The position numbers and the translations under genes were made by a program. 64,000 nt of DNA from Daphnia carinata (Eukaryota): NCBI RefSeq assembly GCF_022539665.2, contig NC_081331.1, forward strand, positions 7,440,001 through 7,504,000. Direction: 5' to 3'. This document shows positions 49,899 through 64,000 of the stretch, one piece after another. Under the pieces are notes generated by a model. The model searched no databases and had not been told where the DNA came from. It saw only the letters and a list, made by a program, of their open reading frames with translations. Positions within the stretch are counted from its first letter, which is position 1; every line of letters starts with the position of its first letter.

Positions 49899-52615
49899 AT
49901 TGCGGCTCTGTTGGTAAAAAAAAATACAAAAATTTTAAATATCAGTAAATCAATCGTAATCGGACGTAAAATTCCATCAGAATAAAAGTGTAGCAATTTC
50001 TGTTGCGTTTCGTGCGGTTTCATGACTTTAAGGGTGTTGGCGCGGAAGAAACGTTTGTCAATGAAACACGAAACGAAAAGTAGGCCAATGCAACACGTTA
50101 GAAATACAGGACTGTCAAACGGTTCTGTCGCCTTGCGAATTGAAACGAAAAATAGACCATGAACTAATTTTGGTCTTGATCGATCTAACCAAAAAACTTT
50201 CAATCGCTAAAGAGGGATTGGTTTTACGTGTGTAACTGCGCAACAACAGGACGCGTTTACATAACCTGAGAAACCGGATTTAGTGCACTATGACCTATTC
50301 GCTTTGGCATTTCCGAATGGCACAAGTAGGAAACGAATGTGTGACGTCTGCAATGCCATAGCCGGAAGCGGGAGGGAAATCCCCGCTCCCCCGCCCCTCC
50401 AAGCGTCTTTTGTTTGAAATGAACATCCTTGAAACTTCCTTGCCTCCTGAATCCTCTCTTCTCTAAACGAGAAAAACAAAAGGTGGAACTTGTTGCAATT
50501 CTGTTGGACGTTTATGCCTTGGGTAAAAATGAATGACCAAAAAGGTTGGCGTTTCGACTCTTATAGTTTTCAAACTTGTTATTAAACCCATTGTTACGAC
50601 AGAGAATTTATTGCCAACGTTATTACGCAAGCCAGCGGTCGATGCAAATGAAACAAAAATCAAAGCAAAACAAAGAAGCGAACTGTTACGTAGACAGCAT
50701 AACATGTCCAGATGCCAATAATCACCTGAAATGTCGAATATTTGGATCCTGAATTGATGCTTAAAACCTCATCATGTTTGTCATAGTGGCTAGCGATTAC
50801 CTGCATGAATTGCAACTAAACTGTTGCCGGTCATGCTACCAGGTCTTAACGACAGTTCAAAAAAGACCAAAATAGGAAAGTGGCAAAATGTGTAACTAAA
50901 TGCACTAAAAATTATGAAACTCAATGGGAACAACCGAATGGTTGAAATACCTACCTAATCCAGGTGTGGAAATAAAGACTGGAATGAATAGAAGGTGGAG
51001 AAGAAACAATGAAAGAAAAAGGAGAACGATCTTGCATGAGCTAAAAATACCAAAGCGCCAAATGACTCGCATAAAGGAGATTGCATCATCAGACAGTGAC
51101 GGGAGCGTGACCGTGAGGTAGGCGAAATGCAGCATAGGATTTAGATTGCCTTCATATTGCTAATACTGATAAGAGGCCAAACTGAGAAAGGGCGAAGAGA
51201 AAGAAAGGAATAACTACTAACAACGAAGAACTAAAGGTGAAGGGAAACAAAGAAGAACGAAGATAAGCGTTTCACTCTTACGACATCATCCAAAAGCTAA
51301 TCGAATTACAGGAACACGTCTAAATTCTTTCTTCAGGCAGGAGGAGAACGCCATCTATGATTTAACGGTGTACAAAAAAAAACAGGATTGAATCGTTCGA
51401 TTTCGGTACGAGAGGGAGACGGCGAGGCCACGAAGTTAAGCAACGATGACGTCATCTTCTGCTGTACTTCAACTCGGCACTGCCTTTCGTGCCATGATAT
51501 CGCCGCGAGAAAAGCCATCTATTGGGCAAACTGTTTCTTTTTTTTTTTTTTGGCCCTTGTCCTTCTCTTTTTCTGCCCGCATGCACGTCACGTTCATATA
51601 GAATAGACAAACAACGGACACAGACAACATTTGGCTTGCGGAGATGATTACCAATCTATCTTATCAATCTGCATATGCTCAATTGCCAAGCTACATATCA
51701 CTAACTGAATTCCGTCATAAAAACGGATTTTACCTGATCACCTTGGTTAATGGCACCGTCTTTTTACTATCCACATGGGAAATCTCCATTGAAATTGATA
51801 CGAAATTAGTAATTTAAAATGTTATTACGAAGCGACCAATCCCTATGATGCCTACTTTTCTCTACGTCGATACAAGAGATACATCTTTCTTTTTCTTCGG
51901 TAAAAAAGTTTCTTATTTAATAGCCTCCCCCGCCCGTTGCGTCATATTCCCGTAACCTGCGTAGAGCGTTCGAAGAGATCATTGCGTATCAATCCGGAAA
52001 CAAGTTCTGTACGACCACTAAACTAGATGCGCGTGTACAATAGATGCGCATGAATTGGTAGGTTCCACCAGCGTTCGGAAGCCATTGACAGAGATCCGTT
52101 TTTCCCGTAGTCCACCTTTCTGTCTAATCCGTGCAGTCATTCAACTTCTCGAGTCGGTACACCTATCGCTATGTACTACTCCACTATGCTCATCTTTCGT
52201 TGTCACTTCCTTTGATCGACTGATGGAAAAAAGGTTGAATTGAAATGGACGGCAAGATAAAAATAAAAAGGGTGTGTGTGATGTGCGGACGTGCGTATCA
52301 AATGGTGGGTCTACTCCAAGTATGCGTGTATATTTGTAGCCTGCTTACATAAATGCATAGCTTATAAGGAGAGTGACAAGAGCGACGGGAAGACAAGAAT
52401 GAGAATCAATAATGCACCGAACGGAAGATGCGATGCATACACGTGCCGCCTCGTGTGCGTATTTTCTTTGTCTGTTTGGACGTGTGCCACTGTGTCATCC
52501 CCCATAAAATAGATGAACTAGAAGATGCCAACAGGCTAGGAAAGCATCGGGCACAATACTAGGGCGGACGATCATGAAAGAGAAGTAACGAAAGGAGAGC
52601 AAGAGTCAAAGAAGA

Positions 52616-52617
<2 letters not shown>

Positions 52618-52665
<48 letters not shown>
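52618..52665. repeat. (GA)n microsatellite
   Basis: About 24 consecutive GA units. Confidence 0.95.
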
Positions 52666-52668
<3 letters not shown>

Positions 52669-55600
52669 AGGAGCAATGGAAAGAGGGAAAGCAGGAGGCC
52701 ATTAATAACCGAACCGAACCCGGCCAGACGAGTCCTCCACGTGTAAGTACCCGAACGCGCCATCGTGCAAGCCTGCAAGGTCTTGCTTGGTACTTGGTAG
52801 TAGCCTTGAGTTTTATTTTCTATGCTTTCTTCTTCTCCGCCCACTTCTTCCCATCGCCTTCTTCACCTCTTCCTCCTTCGCCTCCGCCTTCTCACGAGGG
52901 CATTGGTACAGCATACTAGTTTAACATTTGTGCAATCCGCTCGTCACTTCAGCTCTTTCCTCCCTGTACCCCCCATGCACAAGGTACAGATATACACACA
53001 CTCCCCGTTTAGCTGAACCCCAAAATTACGTCGGGCAGATTGGCAGGTTCGTTTTCCTACCCCCTCAACTACCCTATCCGCTTGCTATAGACCAAAGTCA
53101 CAAAGGCACTTGCATAACGCTCTACACGTAATACATTCCGTACGAGTACACGGCGACAATGTAGACAACACACAACATTGCTTTGGCTGTATTTTACTTT
53201 TTCTTTTCTCGGGTATGCATGTCCTACAAGAACAACAAAATTTAAACACCCATAAACCCTACTCCTGAAACGGAATTACCGCTAATCCGGAAGTCGTAAT
53301 TATCGATACTTGCACAAATATTCGGGTGAAGCCTGAAAAATTGGCCGCATGAAAAAAGACATCGACAAGTTTCAACAAGCCACGCAAAATTCGCCTTCAA
53401 TTTGCCAGGTAAACTTGTGGTGAAGAATGTGTTGTATGCGTTGGTAGCACACGGAGCGAGACATTAGTAGAAGGCATAGGATACGAACATAGCCTACAGT
53501 CATGAGATTCATGCGCGTCGAATACAATAGAAGCCAACGGTAATTTTCAATATCTTTTCCCATTAGAACGCTGAACAAAGGCTCTCAATATAGCGACCGT
53601 GCGCGTAACGGAGACGGATTATTGCCGAATGCTTGACTTGATTCGTTTTTTTTGTCTCTTTTCTTCCTTCATTTAAAAAATCAAGGTAAAAAACAAAGAA
53701 AAAAAAAATGCATGTAAAGGCTTTAAACAAATAGCTTCAAGTGCACGAGTTAATAAAAAACGAACATTCATAGAGCCGTCGCAGCTATATGCATGCTTAG
53801 TCCTTTATAGAAAACACAGACGTAACATCGATAATTACAGTGTACGGCCCTTAATGATAACGCGTAATCTACGGGCGCAGGCCTATACTTGACTGGGAAT
53901 ACGTAACACATCGAAAGGCAGGCTCATTTCGAAGGATGAGGGAAACGCCTAGTCAGACAGATAACGCCGACATCAGGTGACGTGTTTCTTGATGTTCTGA
54001 TTACGTAATGCTCGGTCTGTATAGCTTATGGGGGAAAATCTCCTTCCATTCTTCTCAGGTCCACCTGCAGCGGGGAGGTCATGTAGCCTCTTTTTCCTCA
54101 TCTTTTTTGTCAACTGCGTAATCCCTACATGGTTCCCCCGTCCAACCATCTGTCACTCCCTGAACTATCATTGACTTACCTGTCTTCCTCTTCTCCTTCT
54201 CCAACGCGTATTGCCTTCTCGCGTTCGATAAAAGGAATGGCACAATTGGCGAGAAAAATAGAGCGATGATGGAGCAATGAACAAACAAAAAAGGAACACC
54301 ACATGATACCGCGTTATTTGTGGAAAAGCACCTAAAGCCAAAGCTGAGAAACGGGTTCATCAAGTTCATCATTAAATCAAACATCACCATGGCGCTCAGC
54401 GAATGGTCGTTGAACGCATCTAGTAGCCCCTTACTCTTTTTCGTAGAAATGTGTATAACGAAGGTACCGTCGATCCTCTCATTACGGCTCTTATAAAGAA
54501 AGGGCACTGAACAAACTAGGATCGCCGGCATTGCCGCTCAATAACAAACGAACGGTAAGCCAGTTTCGTGCATGCAGATTGAACATGATAGTAGGCTGCT
54601 ATAAAAAAGGAACCCTCACTTCCGTAGCAGTGTTAACAATAAGAAAACGTCCTAAAGCAGCCAGTGTACATCGTCCAAACGATTAGACTACTGTTTAGAC
54701 TACTGGCATCAGACAAATACGCTTCGACGGCCAATTACTGCTGACCGTGTCGACGCTTGTCCTTGTCCGGGACTATAGGCTGCTCGTCCGTACTAAACGA
54801 CGCACATGCCTCTTCGCGTACATCATCAAGCTCCAAAATAGATAAGAATGAAGGTTAAATAGTAGCTGTAACTTTGGTTTATCGTCGTAAGCGAGGTAAT
54901 TGATTCGCCCTGGTTTATCCGACCGAGCAGTTCGTCGAAAAAACAAATTTCAGAAGAAGAAAAGAGAAATATTCAAAAAACCAACAAACGGGAAATTATC
55001 TGTTTCACTTCGTGTTAAATTTAAATCCTTCACTCAGCGGCGTTTTAAGTTTGCTTATATTCTTATGTTTGTTCCTGTTCTACTGATTTTGTTTCTCTCT
55101 CGTTGTGTAACATGAAATAAATCAAAGACTAGTCATTGGCTTGCCGCTGACGTCATCAGCGAAGTTTTGTTTTGCTGTTTTCTTTTTTTTTTTCTTTTTT
55201 TTTTTTTGTTGTTTTTTCGTTTCTGCATCCGTTCGTTTGTATTACGCAAAATATTCGGACACTGATACGTTTCGAACTCCATATTAGTTTTCCCAACGAA
55301 ATTTGGAAAACCTCAATAGGAAAAAAAAATTGATTAAACTGATATTTTACTTCCAAGAACGAGCGCTCACTGACCTTTCCTTTTTTTCTTTCAAAACTCT
55401 GTAAAATGCACACTGGAAGTCTCCTCGAAGGTAAACTTAGTCCCAATACTCAATTAAGTATGCAGTTTTCATCAAGCATAGAACAAAATGGTGAAATTTG
55501 TGCCATTTCTAATAATATTTATTGGCTCTAGGCCGATTTCTTATCGATGTTTTGTTTTTTTCGGTGGCCTGCCGTTCATTACTTTAAACGTGAAAAGGGT

Positions 55601-58600
55601 GCGGGGAATTTAAAGTTATGACGTGTACGGACCTACATCGTACAGTTCTCAACCTCAAACAAGGTTTTGTTAGGAGATGATGATTTATATATATTAACAG
55701 GGGGCTTCCTGCTGAATATATGTAATAAACAGGTTGCTCGATGCGCCCGTGCGTCGCCGTGGCCGTATTAGACGCCGCCACCGTCAGCAGCTACTCTCTC
55801 TCTCTCTTTCTTTTTTTTTCCTCCCTCTCTTTGGCAGAGTTTCGTGCTCGCCTCCCTCCCTCTCCCTATCTCTTATTCCCAGCCTCACTTTTATTTACAT
55901 GGTAGACGTGATCCAGTGCAAACGGACGAGTCCGGGAAAATGGAATGAGAGAGAGAGAGAGAGGATAGAGACAGTATAGAGAAAGGGAGACGAAAACGAA
56001 CGAAAGAAAAAGAAAGAATGAAAGAAGGGCCGTCCGTTCCCGGAGCTAGTCTCCCACCACCCTCAAAGTAAGCGGTCCCACCCCGCGCCCACTCCACGTG
56101 TAACCTACTATCACGCAATATACGACGCAACACACAGCAGACACAAACTCGGTCCGAGAAGGAAGGGAAAGGAGGGCTACGACCTGCAACCGTACAGACA
56201 CACACAACGATCCACACGCGCGCTCCGTTCTCGGCTCGGCTCGACTCGGCTCACGGCTGTGAAGGCCACGCCAACTCAACAACCACCATAACCGATAGCA
56301 GCGCCAAGGTCCAAACTCGTGCCGTCATTGCCGCCCGATGACTCTTGCCGTCCCGCACTCGATTCTTGCATCATTCTCTCTGTCTCCCATCTCATCTTCT
56401 TTCGGTCGTTCATTCCGTTTCTTCGTTTTTTTTTTTTCTCGTTTTGGTTTTTTGTTTGCCTTTTTGTTCTTTAGTTTTTGGAATTTTTTCCCCCGGTTTC
56501 GTGTCATTACGTGCTTTAAAGCTTTAAATCTTTGCGCTTATTTCCTAGGAGCTATGCGCTGTGTAAGCGGATTCGCCTTTTTTTTTTGTTATTTTTTCCC
56601 AATACGTTTGTTGTTTTGGACCATTACCCGGCTATTATCGTTTTGCCTTCAGTAGATCGAAGGGAACAAAAACAAAAACAAGAAAAAAAAAAAAAAAAAA
56701 TGAAGGCGACCTCAGTTCTAAAATGAAATCGGGATTTCTCGAGGACTAGTGTTCCGCCTCTACAGCGTATTCGTTAAGAGTTCGTTTCATGTTCTTATTT
56801 TAAACTCTTCAATAATACTCTGTTACCCTCTACAATAATTTTGTTACATGGCGTGGTATTCTATAAACGCGAGGGAAATAGAAAAAGAAAAGGGCGAGAG
56901 GGAGACAGACGGGCGTGTTTTTTTTTTTTTTTGTTTAAGTTTTGAAGGACGATGTAAGAATAAGTTGCCTGGTGTTGCAGTTCTCGTATTCAGCACACGA
57001 GGCAAAGTCACATTGCAAGGCACGACCCCCTCCCATTGGGTATACGTTGTGATTACCTCATTGGCGGACGACAGTATAAAGAGGAGACAGTCGTTCCAAA
57101 CCGTACTTTGTCATCGTTGTTTTGTTTTGTCTTTTTGCATTAATGCATGTATTTATATTGTTTGATAGGATTCGTTTGTTACTTATCCTAATGATTTTGA
57201 TGTTTCATTCCCATCCCCGTTTCTTGTCGCTAACATTCTAGGCAGTACTGTCACGCGTTACGTAACAAATACAGTTCACAGATCCTGTATAAAGTACTCC
57301 TTTTGTTTCCACATTTAACTTCACTGTGCCTGATTTGCCGTGGAAGCCAGTTTCCCTCAGTCGTTACTAAAATGCATATGTAACATATTTGGACTGTATT
57401 ACACGCAAAGGATATGATGGCTACATTCATATTACGTAAGCGCACGACGTGTACAGTGGCTTTTACTTGGGTATGCTGCTTCCCTGCCTAACCCTGGTTG
57501 TATTGAATTTGAGCAGTATTTCGTGGTCGGTATGCTATCGCTCTCTCTCTCTCTCTCTCTTTCTTTCTTGATCTTCATTTTTTTTTCTCGTTCCATTCTC
57601 CTTCTGTCCCTCTCTAAGGAAAGCCAGAATAGAGCACAACAACCCTTTTAGGGAAAGGACTAAACGAGGGTATATTATATTAGCTGGCTTGGAATTTTTT
57701 GGTAACTTGTAACCGGTAACTTGTGAACTATAACTTGGGGAGGCTAGTTTTGTTTTTGTTCGGTTTTTTTTGTTTGCTTTCTTTTAATATTGTTTTGTTT
57801 GCTAGTTTCTCTCTTTCCCAATTTCAATTTTTTGATTGTATCACGGAGTAATCCACCCTGCAACTAAGACCCCATAAGGACAATCAAACCAGTGAAACTA
57901 GAGAATCAAAATTGCAAGCATGTTGAACTACAAGAAATTGACATTGTAACCTGCTTGCTGCATAGCGTACATTTGTGCTATTTTCGTAGCAAATATGCAA
58001 TTTCGCAGTTGTACTCTTTGACTGTTTTTACTTTTATTCTCGATTCTATCATTTCATTTCTCGTCTATCTTTTATTTTTTTCTTCTTGATTTAAGTTTCA
58101 ATCTTCAACATCAAATCAAGTTCGACGCCATAATACATCTTTTTTTTTTTAATTGGATACGATTTAGTGTACTATTTTTGTAAACCAGACCAATAACGAA
58201 ATTCTATGTCTTTCTATAATGGACATTCACAATTGTATGTGTTTGTGGTGAAGTTACGAAGCCAAAGATTAAAAGCTTAAATGCCATCGAAAATCAAATC
58301 AAAGATGATGAAGATGATGAAAAGAAAAGATAAAACGAAAACAAAAAAACAGAAAAAAAAAGAAGAAAAAAAAATATATAGAAGTCGGAAGAAAAAAGGC
58401 AAGCAGGCAGGAGGCAGTCACCCTTCATTCGACCTCTGCACGTGTCGCCCGCTCTCTCGTCTTTTTTACTCATCGACCGGCGGGGCACTCGGCACTGTGG
58501 AATTCTTTTTTTTTTCTTTTTTCTTTTTCTAGTTTTTTTTTTCCTGTTTTCTTTTTTTCTTCTTTCTTTTCGTTCTTTTCGCCTCTTTTCTCTCTCTCTC

Positions 58601-61600
58601 TCTCTCTCGCATTATTCGCTCTCCGCCTACTCTCCTATTCCTTGTCAGTCGGTTCCCGCTCATTCCCGCTCGCATACACACAAGCACGCACAACACACAC
58701 ACGCACACTAAAGGCGAGCATGACGCAATATCTGTGATAATAACTGGCGACGTGACGCCATGAGTTGCTCAATTTCAAAATCCAGCGCAAGGGCCACGGG
58801 TACTCTGGTGGGGCATTGTGGGGCGAGTGGAAAGCACAAAAACGGGTTCAGTCTGACCGTTTGTCTTCCTCTCATTTCGCCTCTTTTGATTGCTGATTTC
58901 TTCATTCGCCTTCACGGTTCACGTCCCCGCACATATTCTCTGAAACACTCACTCTTGCCAAGCTCGACAGTGCCTATTATGCTGCAACGCGATGACGAAA
59001 CACATTCTAATCAAACGAGTGGCTATAGATAACTATGACTTACTATTCGCATCTCACCACTAGCATTCACGTAACACTGACCCCACAAGCGTCAATTGTA
59101 CTTCGCTTCTGCTAATACAGCAGTTAAGGCGGATTTCTACGGCAAAAAGGATAGCACGGGAAAATATAGGCTGACGAATGAGGACAATCATCATATGGAG
59201 ATCAGTAAAAAAAAAAAAATGCAAGACGGACTTGAAACAAAATGCCATATGTAGCAACCTAGCTAGGCCGACAGTCACATCCTATATTTAGTTGTAAGTA
59301 GATCTGTCCGCTTTAAACAGGCCTATCAGTGGCAGCTGATAGAACGAACTCTATGTTGTCCGTATTGCCTCAGTTTTTAACCGCCTAGATCGCAACTTCC
59401 GTCTCTGCATATTGTCATCAGCACAGAGGTAAAAAAAAAAAAGACTTAGGGAAACAAATCAAGGTAAAGTGCCGCCTTTTATATTGAAGTACAGCTATCC
59501 TAGAGAATCGTACAGCAGTTACGCATTTCTTTTACTAGCCCAGAAGGGTATGAAAGCGTACGACAATGATACATCCTAACACATATTATAGCAGACCCTA
59601 TGGTCTATCCAAAATAGACTGTGTTTAACCTTACAATTACACGTTTGTCAAGGTGCGTTATATCTTGAACCTACCTTATTCCCTTCGTATGTGTTACGGT
59701 ATGGCCAAACTGCGAAAACACCAGCTTTAAGCCACAACGGTGGGGGCGAATAAAAAAAAAAACCTTGTCTTCTTCAGGCTGGCTCGTAGCACATTGAATG
59801 TTAATCAGTCGGCCTTGTGTAACGAGACAAATGTTTACAAGTTAAGTCCGAGATAGAACGACACGCTGACCACGGCGGCGTGGGCGTGATGCGATGCACG
59901 ATCGTAGAGGTACGGACGCAATAAGAAAAAAATTTAAATAAATGCAGACTGGAAAACACAAAGTATGGATGGGACACGTTCTCTCTGTCAAAGTTTCGGT
60001 AGTACTGCGATCGCCTGCAAGAGAGTTGCACACAGCAAGCTCTGCTACAGCTATGTAGCTATATGTATAATGTTCCGTACGCGCGGGTGACCGACTCGTT
60101 GGACCTCTGACGTAACACTGAGCGAACCGAATAACCGATGCGTCAACCGTTCCGTCCGAGAGGCGGGCCTTCCTTGCGCACCCTTGCTACGTTCTTCACC
60201 GCAGTATACACCCTCTTATACTCGTTCCATAAGAAAAACGACTGGTCTGGTCTACCGTCATCATTCGAATCCAACTCACTAATTAATGAAAAGGTACCAA
60301 ACACAACCATCCCATATCACTGTGGTTATTCATTTTTTTTTCATTGTAGTAAATGATGATTTATGTATGTATTTATTATTATTACTTTTTTTTTGTTAAT
60401 GTCTATTTTCTGCTATTCTTTATTTCATCTCACGAAACTGTTGTACACAGCACGTCGGTACATCTTACGTAACGTTTTCTTTGTTTCTAAAGGGCGTAGT
60501 GGGTGGGGTGGGCGAGGGGTGGTTGAATTGGAGAGTTGGAGGATCTAGCCTTACTGTGTACAAAATAAAAAAAGGGAACAAGCAAAATATACATGGCTTG
60601 GGAAAGGAGAGACGAGATGAAGGAGGTGGAAAGGGGGATGAAAAGCGGGTGGATCTTGGAGGAGGAGGGACAAAGGCGGGTGTTGGAAAGAGGAGGAGTC
60701 ACCCGGGTTCGTGGACTCCAAGACATTGTACAAATGCATACAATTTTGCCTGAGATGTATACACCATGCAGTCTAGAAATCAGCAAGCTTTTTGTGAAAA
60801 TGAAAAATACAGCCACACACACCAAATAGCCAAAAGGAAAAAAAGTAATAATAAAAAATTAGACGTGAAAATGCCTCCGAGTTATAATTGTACTCTAAAG
60901 TGTTCCCATAACATTCCCTTCGAGATTTGCAAGGTCTCAAATTTTTTGTTCGAATGGTTTTCCCTCTTATGATAGCGACTCACCTACACCGAAATTTGCA
61001 GTTATGTAATGTTTCGCAATATCCGTTATTCATAATTTTGATATTTCAAGAGTTTTATGTGCATTTATAATAAAAATAGTTTTGAATTTTTCCTAGCAGG
61101 GATTTGCTGGACCTTTATAATCCTCGTTTCCCTTCGTTTCAGTTATAATAACATGCAGCGCTTTCCCTGCGCTCTTCCCTCGTTAATCTTTCGCGCTCCA
61201 TGCAATTTTATAGTTTTCCATACACGGGGCAAATAATGGAACACGTATGACTTACCGTGATGGGCGGGTGAAGCGCGTCCAGTGTGATAGCCGTGCTCTC
61301 CTGCGATGAGCAGACGTTAAGCGCTGCTTTGCCCGCAAAATTTGACACGAACGGCCCGTTCACAAATCAGTTTGATGGACGGCAGTTCCGGTAATAGTAG
61401 GTAACGATTAACGTGAAATACTCGAACAGGAGACCATCGTCATTAAATCAGTTAACACTATTTGTTCGTTTTCGTTTCGGTGTCCTTTTTGTTTTGTTTT
61501 GTTTTGTTTTTTCGTTTTTCTTCTTAAGTCGAGTGAACCACTGAAGGAGCGTTGAAACGCTAGCAAATGGCCAACTGGGACGATAAAGAAAAAGTACCGA

Positions 61601-61853
61601 ATGAAACGAGGATGATTCAAGCTTTGACTTGAAATAACTTAAACTGGCACATGCAAGCAATATAAGCTTTTGATTGGTGAAAGGAACAACTGGCGGCGTT
61701 GAAGAAAACAAGGTACGCTCGTCTCAGAGGTCGACGGCGCAATAAGACCATTCGAACAGCGACAGTCCCGTGCCTATATCAGACACACACGCACGCGTAC
61801 ACATAGACACACGCTTACTCTGCTTAGACCCAAACACTCACGCTGCACACAGC

Positions 61854-61898
61854 CACACACACACACACACACACACAGGCACACACACACACACACAC
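61854..61898. repeat. Interrupted (CA)n microsatellite
   Basis: Two CA runs separated by GG. Confidence 0.9.
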
Positions 61899-64000
61899 AA
61901 ACGATGTTGTATAAGCGTGAGTTCCCCGCTTTCTTGCCTCTCTCCCAACACACCCCGCAGGATTCCACGTCCATCTACACACCACCCCGCGCCGAACGCC
62001 CTTTCAGTTCGTCCTCCACCATAGTATTCTTATTTCGCTTACGCCTATTTTGTCCGCTTCTCTATATTCTGTCCCACCAGCACATGAGACGCGTACGAAA
62101 ACTTTTACTCCCGCCTATCCACGTTTTGCGCTTCTGCTTACCGTTGTCGCCAGCAGCAAAACGCGTCGATGGCAACTGTTATTGCACACTAGGTGGGATT
62201 AATCCCAGAACGAAACGTTTACTCCGTGTGATATGTTAAAAGCTCGTGCGTGCTCAAGTTCGTCATCTATACAACTAGTAAATATACATTGGTCTGCAGC
62301 ACGCCTTTCATTATGTCGATACATCTCGTTTGTGACACAATACATTTAGCTTATATTTGATTACGCAATAACAAATTTGCATGCATCGTGAATTTTGTTT
62401 ATAAGAAAAAGAAAGAAAGAATGTGGTGACCGTGACTCGTACTTCCATCATATGTAGGCAGCGGTCATACTCTTCGACAACGTAAATTTACCAAATTTGC
62501 AGTGGGTCGTCTCTGGCGTATTGCATTGGCATATAATGTAACATTAAACAGCAAAAGCCATCTTTGTGTTTTTAATTTTCAAATGAAACCGCATAGGAAA
62601 GCTTTTAATCTCGGATAGGATAGTAGAGAAGTAGTAGTTGCCCATACTTTTATTGAACATATATCCTGGCAAAAAGAAAGGAAAGATCACCTGAAGCCTA
62701 AACGTGCCATCTGAGAAAACCATGACCATTTACCTACTACGTTTCTTTAGTTTGGTTTTCTGTTTTTGCTTTCGTTTTATTTATGAATTATTTGCAGCTA
62801 GGCCTAAGGAGGAATAAAATATATGGATCTGAGGCAGGTCGTGAGGAGGGAAAAGTGTCGTTTATGAGGGGAAAGATGTCAATCAACTCGACCAGTTATT
62901 TTTGCTGCTGAGCCACGTAATAAAAGACGTTCTTCTGAAATAGAACACAATACGGAAAATGTGACGTATTCGTACATGCTGCAATATTTCTGCGACAACG
63001 GAAGGGATATTATTAGAATTACATAAACGTTGTATACAAAGAGAAGACACATGACTTGCTTCGTCAAGCGGGATATATTGATACTTTTAGGGGTAATACA
63101 GTTAATGAGGAATAAAAAGGTAAACCTATTACACCACTGGGGCTTATTCCCAAGTGTTCCAAGTGTACCTGTAAAATATATTCGGAAAAATACGTCAAAA
63201 TGATGTTGGAAGCTACAGCAGAACGTATATAGAAGATTGAATCCGATAATGCATGCTATAAAACCTTCGTAAGTTGCAACTTCTCCAATATATCGTATAA
63301 ATCAACGAATCACTTTTGAATTTCACACGCTTAACTTTGAGTCACCGTAGACGACATGTTCCATAAAAGACAGTAGTGACTTTCTCAAAGGCAATTTTCC
63401 TGTGGACTTACGCATATTTATTGCTTAAACTTTTTCAAAGGGGCGCTTACTTCTTGTTAAAATGATATTTCTTAACAGCGTTCACTGCCTTAAGTTTTGC
63501 GTGTTATGTTTTAAAAACCTAGCCCTATTTCTATCACTTTTTCGAGATTTTTTTGCGCATTAATAATTTTTTCCGTATTTTATTCCCTTTTCTTTCTTTT
63601 AAAATTATTTTATCTTTTTTGTTTATTAATTTTTGTATTTTTGCATTATTTTCATTTCAACGATAAAAATTTTATATTTTTTGCAACTCGCGTTGACTAA
63701 CCGACGAACACGCACACCATTTTACTATGCTTTGCCAATTGAAGGGCATCACGGGGCAGAAGAGATCAAGTAGCTAAAGAGTTTCGTAATTAAACCAGTT
63801 TCGACTTCCTCCGAACGCCCTATGGACACGCCGCTGCCCATATAGCAGAACCATACACATCTCGCTTTCTTTACTGAAGCTTTTGCTATAAAAATAAATT
63901 ACATTCAGAGGATAGTACTCGGAAGCTACTTGCCTATCCACCACGCTTCATCCTTTGCACTAGGATGTATGGCATTGCGTCCCGCAACCCGGAAACTTGG

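Larger units (their letters stand above)
50257..63026. promoter_or_regulatory. vrille upstream/intronic regulatory region with PAR-bZIP (D-box) sites and E-boxes
   Basis: TTACGTAA at 54001, 57258, 57432, 60465; TTATGTAA/TTACATAA at 50257, 52345, 61002, 63019; CACGTG at 52440, 52738, 56095, 58439. Confidence 0.5.

Noticed and set aside
50000..64000. Many 60-150 aa ORFs in the ORF track
   Set aside because: Low-complexity, microsatellite or homopolymer-derived frames with no domain signal; consistent with non-coding regulatory DNA.

Overview
Eukaryotic genomic DNA with very short (~55-110 nt) introns; gene style and content suggest an arthropod, probably a Daphnia-like crustacean (inference). 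1-21 kb is a compact housekeeping cluster: POLR3G/RPC31 (+) converging on CENP-X (-), BRIX1 (-), a 103-bp P/Galileo-like MITE, a decayed gene, an intronless helical-repeat ORF with a broken 3' half, and INO80 (-). 21.5-45 kb is a transposon nest. Two decayed hAT (BED-finger) copies are accompanied by an array of degenerate tRNA-like A-box/B-box units. A pogo/DDE_1 element (TA TSD) sits in hAT copy 2 and itself contains a MULE; an inverted hAT 5' half and a foldback element follow. A structurally complete DIRS1-type tyrosine-recombinase retrotransposon (ITRs + ICR) is integrated into a Gypsy pol remnant through a shared ATTGT core. 47.5-64 kb holds the bZIP gene vrille/NFIL3 (-) and its long non-coding upstream region with E-boxes and PAR-bZIP sites. 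The strongest candidates for something undescribed are the hAT-associated array of tRNA-like Pol III promoter units and a possible splice/readthrough switch giving gag-RT versus gag-recombinase in the DIRS element. All alignments were done by eye; no searches were run.
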